From Myxococcota bacterium (GTDB lineage: Bacteria > Myxococcota_A > SURF-8 > G963663525): a stretch of DNA of 44,005 bases. The first letter of the stretch is position 1. Every line of letters begins with the position of its first letter. A model generated the notes under the pieces. It saw nothing but the letters and a program-made list of their open reading frames with translations, made no database searches and was not told where the DNA came from. This document shows, piece by piece, positions 20,032 to 29,332 of this stretch. The DNA lies in NCBI GenBank assembly GCA_963676915.2, contig CAXXVK010000051.1, positions 1-44,005 on the forward strand. The letters are read 5' to 3'. The translations under genes were made by a program, and so were the position numbers.

Positions 20032-21196
20032 TTAGAGGCTTTGGTCGATCAGCTCGGCGATATCGAGAATTTCCAGGTCTTCCTTGCCGACGGTCATGTT
20101 GGAGCTATCCAGCATAATCGTGCAGTACGGGCAGGCCGTGGCCACGACGTTGGCGTCTTTCGCCACGGCGTCGTTGATACGCAGGTCGCCGAAGCGTTCG
20201 CCCGGATTCGTTTCCATCCAGATGCGTCCGCCACCACCCTGGCAGCAGATGCTTTCCTTGCCGAAACGATCCATTTCCTCGCGCTCGATGGACGGAATGG
20301 CGTCCAGCACGTTACGCGGGGTGGAGTAGATCTCGTTGTGGCGTCCCAGATAACAGGGATCGTGGAAGATGACCTTTTTGTTCAGATCGGTGGCGGGCTT
20401 GATTTTGCCTTCTTCGATCAGTTTCTCGATCATCTGGGTGTAGTGCATCACTTCGAATTCACCGTCCAGTTCCGGATATTCGTAGCGGAACGTGTACAGG
20501 CAGTGAGGCGACGTGGTGATAATTTTCTTCACACCCTTCGACTTGAACAGCTCGATGTTGTGACCGGCCAGTTCCTGGAAAGTTTCCTCGCCACCGAGCT
20601 TGCGTACGGACTCGCCGCAGCATTTCTCTTCGTTGCCGATGATGCCGAAGCTTACGCCGCCTTTTTTCAGCACGTTGGCGATGGCTTTGGCGATCTTCTT
20701 GCTTCGAGCGTCGTAGCAGGAAGTGCAGCACACGAAAAGCAGGTATTCGGTGTCCTCGGTGAATTCGGGAACATCGAGACCATTGGCCCAGTCTGCGCGG
20801 GTAGCGGGATCACCCTGCCAGGGGTTTCCGTTGCTCGACAAGCTGCCGATAACGGGCTTGTAAGCGTTGGGCACGGAACCTTCACCCACGAGCATCGAAC
20901 GCAGGGCGCGGATGTTCTCGATGGGGTTGGCTTCGCGGGGGCAGCGGATCTTGCAGATACCGCAGGTCGTACAGGCATACAGGATATTGTCGAGATTCGT
21001 ATCCCTCTACGCCGAGTTGACCCATGTGCTGCAATTTGCGGGTGTTGAACTCCTCGGAAATCTCGCCTTCGACGAGACGCCAGGGGCAGGAGGTCACGCA
21101 CAGGCCGCACTGCATGCACTGATACAGCGTATCGCCGCCGGATTCAACGACGGCGTCTCCCAATTCCGGGATCGGCATTTTCGGTTCGTCAGGCAT
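20032..21196 (-). CDS. HdrD-like (Fe-S)-binding oxidoreductase (2x[4Fe-4S] plus two CCG domains); frameshift near 20992
   Basis: CMQCGLCVTSCP, then after a 1-bp shift at ~20992 ACTTCGICKIRCP; EKCCG, TTSPHC, FHDPCYLGR, ICCQGGGG and ATACPYC. No TM segments. Confidence 0.85.
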
Positions 21197-21282
21197 TATG
21201 CGCTCCTTTTATTGAACACGCGGAAACCGGAGGTCATTATACCGTGTTATCCGGCTTCCGCTATGTTTTGGATCAGCGGTTA

Positions 21283-23414
21283 CTACTCTTTGTAGGGGTT
21301 CGGACCCAACTCTTCGAGTTTTTCGGCAAAATCTTCCCACATGGCGGGAATCTTATCGTAATCGTTGATGCCGATCTGCTCGAAGCGGATGCGCTCGGAT
21401 TCCAGCATCAGGCGGTCAAGAGTCTCCTGGACTTTCGTCATACGGATGTTGGCCAGCTCGCTGCCCTTGACAAAGTGGCATTGATAGTCGTCACCGTACT
21501 TGCAGCCCATCAGCATGATGCCGTCGATGCCCTTGGCGAGCGCGTCGGCGATCCAGACCAGGTTCATCGAACCCAGGCAACGCAGCGGAACTACACGGAA
21601 ATACGGATTCAGCTTCAGGCCGTTATGGGCAGCCATATCGAGCGCGGCGATGGCGTCGTTCTCGCAGGCCAGCACCAGCACGCGGGGGCGTTCTTCGAAT
21701 TCGTCCGGCACTTCCATCGCCTTGATCATGTTACCGATCATCGGCACGGAGTAATTTTCGAACGTAATCACGCGCTCGGGGCAGGCACCCATGCAGGTAC
21801 CGCAGCGGCGGCAACGGGTCGGGTTGGGCAGCGGCGTGCCTTTCTCGTCCTCGTCCAATGCGCCAAAGGGGCATTCCTCGGTGCAGCGCTTGCAGCTCGT
21901 GCAACGCTTGAAGTTGATGTCGGGCAGCGAGAAGTCGCCCCACACGGGGGTGGGTCGCCTTGCCTTCGGCTACCAGTTCGCAGATCTGCACGGCCTTGGT
22001 CGCCGCACCCGCGCCGTCGTCGATCGCCTGGGCGATATCCATCGGCATACGAACCGTACCGGCAGCGTAAATACCGGTCCGTTGGGTTTCGTAGGGGAAG
22101 CAGATGAAGTGGGAGTTCGGGAAACCGTAATCGCGTTGCGGCAGTTCCGGTCCCTGGCGATACTCGAGGTGCAGCAGTTCGGCTTCCAGCGTGGTCGGCA
22201 CGAGACCGGTGGCCAGCACAACCAAGTCGGCTTCGATAAACAGCTCTTCGCCGAGCAGTGTATCGGTGGCCATGACGTTGAGCTTGCCTTCGTCGCCTTC
22301 GTCCACGTCCTGGACTTCGCCTTTAACGAACAGCGTGCCCATCTTCTGGACTTTCTTGTAAACTTCCTCGTAGTGACCCGGAGCGCGGATGTCTTTGTAA
22401 ATGACATAAGTCGCGATTTCGGGATTTTTCTCTTTGAGGTAGGTCACGTGCTTCAGCGACGCACCGCAACAGACGTTGGAGCAGTAGGGCAGGTGGTCGT
22501 CGTCTCGACTTCCAGCGCATTGCACGAACACAACGGATTCGAGATCGTCGCTGATTTTGCCTTCCTTGGCCATCTGTTCGAACTCGATGTTCGTGATGAC
22601 GTTCGGCTTGCCGTAACCAAGGTGACCCAGCTTGGTAGCATCGTAGGGCTTCCAACCGGCGGCCAGCACAAAGCTGTCGGCCTTGACTTCCAGCTTGTCT
22701 CCACCCTTGTTGATCGTCACGTCGAATTTACCAGGGGCACCGACGATGCGACCGATTTCGGCGCTGAGATGCACCGTGATCTTGTCGTTGGCTTCGATCT
22801 TGGCGATCATGCCGTCCAGATCGATTTTCTCGTAAGCGGCGATGTCGTAATCACGCGGGAAGACTTTGAACAGCTTGTTGGCGAATCCGCCCAGCTTGTC
22901 TTCCTTCTCGACCAAAACCACTTCCTTGCCCGCCTCGGCAGCACTAAGCGCAGCGCTGATACCGGTAGGACCACCACCGATGACAACGATGCGCTCGTTC
23001 ATTTCGTTGGTCTGCGGCGTGGGCAGCTTGGCCGCTTTGGCCTTGGCGATGGACATGCGAATCACGTCGTTGGCCAGTTCCTGGGTGGCGACTTCATCGT
23101 CGTCGTCCTCGTCGTCCTTGTCGTGCGTCCAGGCCACGCCTTCACGCAGGTTGGAGCGTTCGAACGAACACGCTGGGGAACTGGAACAGTGCGGTTTTAT
23201 CGCGGCCCGAGCAAGCACCGATCACCACGGCATCCAAGCCGTCGGAATCGATTTTGCCGTTGATCAGGTCCAATCCGGCTTTGGAGCAGAGCGCCTCGTG
23301 GGTTTCGACGAACGCGACTCCCAATTCCTCGGCGGCTTCGACGACATCATCCATCTCGAATTTTTCGTCGATTCCACAGCCAGTGCAAAGAAAACATCCA
23401 ATTTTTTCAGCCAT
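21283..23414 (-). CDS. qmoB: QmoB (HdrA-like FAD/Fe-S protein with C-terminal MvhD-like domain); frameshifts near 23163 and 21940
   Basis: KIGCFLCTGCGI, ERSNLREGVAW, VIGGGPTG, FVQCAGSRDDDHLPYCS, GFPNSHFICFPYETQRTGIYAAG, CTSCKRCTEECPFG, CRRCGTCMGACPER, LACENDA and GCKYGDDYQCHF. Removing two single extra bases gives one ~709-aa ORF. Confidence 0.93.
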
Positions 23415-23426
23415 TTTGGAACCTCC

Positions 23427-24668
23427 CTAACCGCGACTCGATTTGATCGCAGCGCCGGTTGCATCCTGCACCGATGTGGCCACATCGACGGGCCGTTTGA
23501 CACAACCCGCAGGATAAATCGCCGCCGTTTCCGGATCAGCCACCAGAAAACCGAATTCGTCGTAGGTCAATCCCTCGCAGGGAATCTTGTTGATGGCCGT
23601 CTCCGGCACCATGCCGGTGGCCAGGACTACCATATCGACGGAAACTTCAATGATCTTGTTCTGTTCCATGTCCTCGGACACCACGATCAGATCGCCGGAG
23701 TTGGCGTCGTATTTGATCGTTCCGGGTTTGCCTTTGACAAGGTAGGTCTTCTCGTCGTCCTGCACCCGGCGATAGAAATGCTCGTAGCGGTGAGCGCGGA
23801 TATCGATGTAGAAAATCCAGGCTTCGCCGTCATCGTAGGCATCCCGTACGTAGGTGGACTGCTTGAGCGACGCCATGCAGCAGATGCCCGAGCAATAGGG
23901 CAGATGGCGCTCGTCGCGGCTACCGGCGCATTGCACGAAGGCTACGCGCTTGGCTTCGCGTCCGTCGGAGGGGCGCAGCAGTTTGCCTTTGGTGGGACCG
24001 TTGACCGCCGCCAGCCGTTCGAATTCCACGTTGGTGACGACATCGGCATAACGATCGTAGTTGAGATAATCGATCTTGGAAGCATCGTAGGGAACCCAGC
24101 CGGTGGCCCAGATCACCGAACCGACCTTGAGGGTCATTTCCTTGGTTTCCTGTGTCAGATCGACACCTTCGATACCTTCGACCTGCTTGCGCAGTTCGTC
24201 GTTATCCAGCACGGAGGAATCGACGACAGGCAGGTAAGGGAATGCCAACTCGTGGGGAACCTGGACCGGCTTCTTTTTGTCCATCCCGTAGTTGTACTCG
24301 TTGGGCAGAGACGCTTCGAGATCCTCGAAAGGAGCGATGGGATTCGTCAGATCGTCCTTGATGTAACGAGGCGTGACCTCCACCGTAACCGTGTAATCGC
24401 CGGATTCCCCTTCGATCTTCTTGACTTCCGACAGCGTGAAGACGCTGATCTTGGGGTTTTCTTTGATACGACGGTAGTTGATTTCAAGACCGCAGTACGG
24501 AGGGCACAGTTTTGGGAAGTACTTGTTCATCCCGGCTACCCTGCCGCCCAATGTCGGGCTTTTTTCGACAAGGTATACCTCGTGCCCGAGTTCTGCCGCC
24601 TCGACAGCCGCAGTGGTCCCGGCGATTCCGCCACCGACCACCAGTACGCTGGTGTGATGCGAACTCAT
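23427..24668 (-). CDS. qmoA: QmoA (HdrA-like flavoprotein)
   Basis: VLVVGGGIAG, YFPKLCPPYCGLEIN, VTNVEFERLA, FVQCAGSRDERHLPYCSGICC and GCVKRPVDVATSVQDATGAA; directly upstream of qmoB. Confidence 0.93.
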   Translation of the reverse strand: MSSHHTSVLVVGGGIAGTTAAVEAAELGHEVYLVEKSPTLGGRVAGMNKYFPKLCPPYCGLEINYRRIKENPKISVFTLSEVKKIEGESGDYTVTVEVTPRYIKDDLTNPIAPFEDLEASLPNEYNYGMDKKKPVQVPHELAFPYLPVVDSSVLDNDELRKQVEGIEGVDLTQETKEMTLKVGSVIWATGWVPYDASKIDYLNYDRYADVVTNVEFERLAAVNGPTKGKLLRPSDGREAKRVAFVQCAGSRDERHLPYCSGICCMASLKQSTYVRDAYDDGEAWIFYIDIRAHRYEHFYRRVQDDEKTYLVKGKPGTIKYDANSGDLIVVSEDMEQNKIIEVSVDMVVLATGMVPETAINKIPCEGLTYDEFGFLVADPETAAIYPAGCVKRPVDVATSVQDATGAAIKSSRG

Positions 24669-24788
24669 GACAGCTCAACCTCCTTCAGAAAATAACAACC
24701 GATCAATGTGTCCCGACCGCCTCGCGGCCACGACAGATATCCAATGAACCACGCCGCACGGTCCTCGTACGACGCTGGAAAATCCTAA

Positions 24789-25657
24789 CTATTTCACAGT
24801 CTTAATGGGTCCGGCCTTCTCCTTGAGCAGTTTTTCCTGCTGCTCTTTGAGCACTTCCGCTTTGACCTTCAACGTATTCTCTCCGAACATCACGAAACGT
24901 AGCCAGTCGAAGGCGAATTTCATCAAATCGAGATCGTCGGTTTTGAAATTTTCGACCCGCTCGGCATCGAGATCCTCGAACTTGTCCAAAAACGAACTGT
25001 TGAAGATGAAGCGCCGGAACATGTCCGGGTTGTAACAAGCCATGAAATACATCTGCAACTGTTGGGGATAGAACTTCCGCCCCACAGTAAAACCTTTGTG
25101 CAAACTGAATTCACGGAAAGGCTCGTTGTTCCGGTCGAATTCCTCGATGCCCTGCTCTTGGATGTACTCCGCGATCGTGTATTCGTTCGGCTCGTTCAGA
25201 CCTTTACAACCTTCGTCCTGAAGCAGAAGAAAAATTCCTCGCCTTCGGGATTCTTGTCGGTTTTCCCGGACGCCATACCCAACGGATACATACGGCAGGC
25301 CCAGGGACGGTCTTCATATACCGTACAGCCCTTTTCACCCAGGAACGGGCAGCGTTTGTTGTTTTCCTCGTCCATTTTGATGACGATCATCGGAACGCGC
25401 TGGCCCTCTTCGTCGGGTTGCGTGACGAGGGTGTATTTGGAAAGAAAATCGTCCGAAGGAATATCCAACGCTTTTTTGAGTCGAATCACGTCGTAAGGGG
25501 TCAAAAAGATATTGACATCGCCACAGCACTCGCCGAAGCAGCTTACGCCGGGATGGCAGGAAAACTTGAATTTGTCGTCTTTATTCAGGCGCGGATAATC
25601 CGCCAGGATCGCGTCTTTCATGTTCTCGATGCGGCGCATCGTTTCTTTGTCGGTCAT
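24789..25657 (-). CDS. YkgJ-family (CxxCxxCC) cysteine-cluster protein; 1-bp frameshift near 25230
   Basis: FKFSCHPGVSCFGECC, LTPYDVIRL and CPFL....CTVYEDRPWACRMYP. Adding one base at ~25227-25235 continues LLQDEGCKG...FMACYNPDMFRRFIF to the stop at 24789. Confidence 0.85.
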
Positions 25658-25731
25658 ACTCCCGAATCCTTTACACGTTGAAGTCTATGCAGAGAAGATA
25701 GAAAAAATGGCCTGATATTTCGTACTTTGGC

Positions 25732-26001
25732 TCAATCTTCGATGATTTTGTTCTTCATCGCATCGATCGACCACACGGGGAACGATCCTTCCGAGCCGGT
25801 CTGAGGATCGACGCGGTACCGGTAGGATGCCGAAACCTTGTTGTGTTCGCGCATCCATTCCCAACCATTGACGAAAAAGGGGCATTCATCGTTAAAACAA
25901 ACATACAGAAATTGAGCTTCCCAATGGGTTTCCTCGGGAATCTCCATGCGTTTGGTGACCTGATTGCAATGGGGACATACAGGATTCTTCTCGATCATCA
26001 C
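25732..26001 (-). CDS. Small zinc-ribbon-like conserved hypothetical protein
   Basis: CPHC and YVCFNDECPFF.NGW motifs; GAGG RBS; co-oriented within the apr/qmo cluster. Confidence 0.75.
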   Translation of the reverse strand: MMIEKNPVCPHCNQVTKRMEIPEETHWEAQFLYVCFNDECPFFVNGWEWMREHNKVSASYRYRVDPQTGSEGSFPVWSIDAMKNKIIED

Positions 26002-26096
26002 CAGCTACCTCATTGAAAATACGGTTGAATTTGTCGTATCCTCCCCCGAAACGGATACCCTAGTTCAAGCAAAAAAGAGATGAGAAGATAATAGAA

Positions 26097-26121
26097 CTCC
26101 GGGCGCGGTGAGCGCCCGGAG
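26097..26121 (-). terminator. GC-rich hairpin downstream of aprA (terminator or mRNA-stabilising stem)
   Basis: CTCCGGGCGC-ggtga-GCGCCCGGAG 10-bp perfect stem followed on minus by TTCTATT. Confidence 0.55.
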
Positions 26122-26169
26122 CCAAAGAGTCTCCTTCCAGGAAAACCCGGAAGGAAGTCTTACGAATGA

Positions 26170-28080
26170 TTACTCGACGATCTGCTTGATTTCACGCTTG
26201 ATCATCTCCCATTCGCCAGTGGCGGGATCGTACTTGCAGTTCGCGAAGTACTTCCACTCGTTCTCGTTCATTTCGGGGAAGTCAGCGCGATAGTAGTAGC
26301 CCGGCCAACGGGTCTCTTCACGGAACTGGAGGGTACGCATGTGGGATTCGGCCTGCCAGGTGCGTTGGACGTTTTCCCAGGCGCGCATCAGTTCGTTAAG
26401 ATCGCGGGCAGCCAACTTCTCGGAGTCCTCTTTGAGGTACGTGAGGTTGGTCATGCCGATCTCGAGGAGATGCTTGTTGGTGGTGAACTGCATCGAAACG
26501 CCGCCGGCATACTCGTCCATCAGTTTCTGGAGGCGAGTCATGTAGTCCTTCGGCAGGATGTAGTTCGGGTTGACGGCAGGATCGGTCGTGAAGTTTTTGT
26601 TCGCTTCGAACGTGTCGAGCGGCTTCAGGATCGTGGCCTTCAGTTCCTCGATTTTGGCATCGTCGAACGTGGGTTCGGCGTTGTTGTCGAGGATGTAATC
26701 GATGGCGCCCTTGGCGGCGATGCGGCCTTCGGCGTGCGTTCCGGAGGAGAACTTGTGGGAGCTGGCTCCGGAAGCGTCACCGGCGGCAAACAGGCCGTTG
26801 ACGGTCGTCATGTTCGGGTATCCCCAGAAGTACTCGGGGCAGGAGTCGGTCAGATCCTTGGGACCGGAAACCCAGGCACCGGAAGCGCCGGAGTGGGAGC
26901 CGATGAAGTAAGGCTCGCACGGGGCGATTTCGGAGGGTTTTTCTTCCGGCTGCACGTTCGTGGCGGCCCACAGCAGAGCCTGCGACACGGTCATGTCGAG
27001 GAAGTCTTCCCAGGCTTCTTCTTCGAGGGTCTTCATTTTCTTTTTGAAGGCTTTCTCGGCTTTCTTGGGATCGTCGAATTCGGCTTTGACGCCTTCGGCG
27101 ATGTTGTTGATCGCTTCGGCGGTCTGCATGTAGATCGGGCCCTTTCCGGAGAAGAGGTCGATCATTCCAAGGTGGTTACGCAGGCAGGCCGGAATCGGCT
27201 TGACCAATCCGTAGGGGGCGTACTTCTTCAGCTCGTCGGCGTGGGTCTGCATGTAGGCTTCGCCGAAAGCGTTGGTCGCACGGGATTTGAACAGGAGGAA
27301 CCAGGCACCGACCGGGCCATAACCGTCTTTGAAGCGGACGGGGATGAAGCGGACTTCCTGGCAGGTCATTTCGGCACCGGCGCGCAGCGTGAAGTACGCG
27401 GAGGAACCGGAGTTGAACGGCGGATACCAGGAACGACCGGCACCTTCACCGACGGACCGCGGACGGAAGACGTGCACAGCACCACCCATGGCGCACAGCA
27501 CGGCTTTGGCCTTGAAGACGTAGAATTTCTCTTCACGGGTGCTGAATCCGACAGCGCCGACGCACTTGCCGTTCTCGACGAGAGGCTCGACGATGAACAC
27601 GCGCTCGAAGTACTCTCCGCCGGCTTCGGCGAGGGCGTTCTTCGCGGCTTCGGCGACGATCACTTTGTAGGATTCGCCGTTGATCATCAGCTGCCAGCGG
27701 CCTTCATGCACGTAATTGCCGTTTTCGTCCGTCCAGATGGGGAGGCCCCATTTTTCGAACAGGTGAACGGTGGAGTCCACGTGACGGGCAATGTTGTACA
27801 CGAGGTCTTCACGGGTGACACCCATGAGATCCTGGCGGACGTATTTGACATAGTCTTCGGCGGTGTTGTCGCCTTTGGCGATGCCGACGTACTGGTTGAG
27901 GGCGGAAAGGCCCATGGCGACGGCGCCGGAGCGATCCATCGCAGCTTTGTCAACCAGGGTGACTTTCAGACCATGTTTCTTGGCCCAGTAGGAAGCTTCC
28001 ACGGCCGCGCCGCAGCATCCCATACCACCACCAAGAAGAAGCAGATCAGTGTTAACGGTTACAGTTTCAAAGTTCGCCAT
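26170..28080 (-). CDS. aprA: Adenylyl-sulfate (APS) reductase alpha subunit
   Basis: DKAAMDRSGAVAMGLSA, GRWQLMINGESYK, FRPRSVGEGAGRSWYP, RFKDGYGPVGAWFLLFK, EAWEDFLDM, SHKFSSG and FREETRWPGYYYRADFP. Confidence 0.98.
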   Translation of the reverse strand: MANFETVTVNTDLLLLGGGMGCCGAAVEASYWAKKHGLKVTLVDKAAMDRSGAVAMGLSALNQYVGIAKGDNTAEDYVKYVRQDLMGVTREDLVYNIARHVDSTVHLFEKWGLPIWTDENGNYVHEGRWQLMINGESYKVIVAEAAKNALAEAGGEYFERVFIVEPLVENGKCVGAVGFSTREEKFYVFKAKAVLCAMGGAVHVFRPRSVGEGAGRSWYPPFNSGSSAYFTLRAGAEMTCQEVRFIPVRFKDGYGPVGAWFLLFKSRATNAFGEAYMQTHADELKKYAPYGLVKPIPACLRNHLGMIDLFSGKGPIYMQTAEAINNIAEGVKAEFDDPKKAEKAFKKKMKTLEEEAWEDFLDMTVSQALLWAATNVQPEEKPSEIAPCEPYFIGSHSGASGAWVSGPKDLTDSCPEYFWGYPNMTTVNGLFAAGDASGASSHKFSSGTHAEGRIAAKGAIDYILDNNAEPTFDDAKIEELKATILKPLDTFEANKNFTTDPAVNPNYILPKDYMTRLQKLMDEYAGGVSMQFTTNKHLLEIGMTNLTYLKEDSEKLAARDLNELMRAWENVQRTWQAESHMRTLQFREETRWPGYYYRADFPEMNENEWKYFANCKYDPATGEWEMIKREIKQIVE

Positions 28081-28092
28081 TGAAGAACCTCC

Positions 28093-28536
28093 TTACTTCT
28101 TCACCGTGGGGATTTCATCACCACCGAAGGCCGCCGGCTCGTAGGCCAGGGTCTTGTCCTTGATGTCTTCGGTCCCCGTGTCGAAACCGCCACTGGGTTG
28201 GGCTTCGCCTTCCGGAGTGGTGCGGATCGGGAACTTGAAGCGTTTCACCTGACCATTGCGGAACTTGATCGTCCACATGATGTTGTCAGATCCACGCATC
28301 GGCACAACGGAAGCTCCGAGGGGCACGAAATCCGCGTAGCCACGAACGTCAATCGCCTGTTGCGGGCAAATTTTAACGCAGCTGTAGCATTCCCAGCACA
28401 TGTCGGGAGCGCGGTTGTACGCCTTCATTTGCTCCTTGTCCAGGACCATCAAGTCGTTGGGGCAAATGTACATACATGCAGTCTTGTCTTGACCTTTGCA
28501 CCCATCACACTTCTCGGTGATCACAAAGCTTGGCAT
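28093..28536 (-). CDS. aprB: Adenylyl-sulfate (APS) reductase beta subunit
   Basis: CDGCKGQDKTACMYICP, CWECYSCVKICP, RGYADFVP and KFRNGQVKRFKFPIRTT; GGAGG RBS. Confidence 0.98.
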   Translation of the reverse strand: MPSFVITEKCDGCKGQDKTACMYICPNDLMVLDKEQMKAYNRAPDMCWECYSCVKICPQQAIDVRGYADFVPLGASVVPMRGSDNIMWTIKFRNGQVKRFKFPIRTTPEGEAQPSGGFDTGTEDIKDKTLAYEPAAFGGDEIPTVKK

Positions 28537-28743
28537 GAGACCTCCTCACTTTGGGTAGAGTAGACCAAACCACCTCGGCTGGTCTTTCCATGGTTAAACA
28601 CACACACAAAAACACTCTCAGGGACACATTTTGGCTTTCGCCAAAGGGTTCGGAATTTTTTCGTAAAAGTCATTCGGGCGTTTCACCGATCATTCAAGCC
28701 GCTTGCGCGGTAAAACTAGAATGAATCACCATTCATTGGCGGT

Positions 28744-28773
28744 ATGGTTAGGTCAATCAGGAGGATTTGTCAA
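28744..28773 (-). promoter_or_regulatory. Candidate sigma70 promoter upstream of aprB
   Basis: Minus-strand TTGACA (28773-28768), 17-nt spacer, then TAACCA(T); the -10 match is weak. Confidence 0.3.
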
Positions 28774-29332
28774 GTAAAAACCGAGACTTAGGCGTCCCAT
28801 ACTTTGTGTGCAATTCTTTTTAGTCGATCCATCATTCACTCCCTCGAATGGGACTTTGGTGAAAAAAAAACATCTCGCTTCTTACAATTTCAAAAATTCC
28901 ATTGAATGGATAAATCTAAAAGTCCAATGATTCTGACTTCGTGCCCTTCGGAGTCCATTCACGCTTTTCTTTTAACTATAATATACAAACGTGACGATAC
29001 ATTGGGTAAAAATCCCGGAAATCATCGGATGCCATACACCGTGAAACGATTCCCGAAAAAAAACCATTTTATGAAATTTTTCGCCCACCCCAACTCGTTT
29101 CGCAATTCCTGTCGGTGAGATATTCAATAGAGCCGTTGTCTCTTACCGGCGTCCAGGAATCATCCATACCTTTCGAAGAAAAAACCGTCCTGATATTTCG
29201 ACGGCTTCGTGGACTGGGAAAAAGTCCATGGATTCAATGGTTCAAACCAAACTTTCGATTGCCATTCGGCATCTTCCGTCGTACAGTGGAAACGTTGACA
29301 ACAAAACCCATCCATCAAAAAGGAAACGAGCC

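Noticed and set aside
23142-23144. TGA ending the N-terminal qmoB fragment as a possible selenocysteine codon
   Set aside because: It lies in the shifted frame after the indel at ~23163; the true frame reads ERSNLREG with no TGA.
21791-28083. Long plus-strand ORFs (490, 609 and 580 aa) opposite qmoB, qmoA and aprA
   Set aside because: Antisense shadows of strongly codon-biased genes; no recognisable motifs.
29038-29056. Rex-like operator (CGTGAA-acga-TTCCCG) upstream of aprB
   Set aside because: Several mismatches to TTGTGAA-N4-TTCACAA, ~500 bp from aprB, in AT-rich DNA where chance matches are likely.
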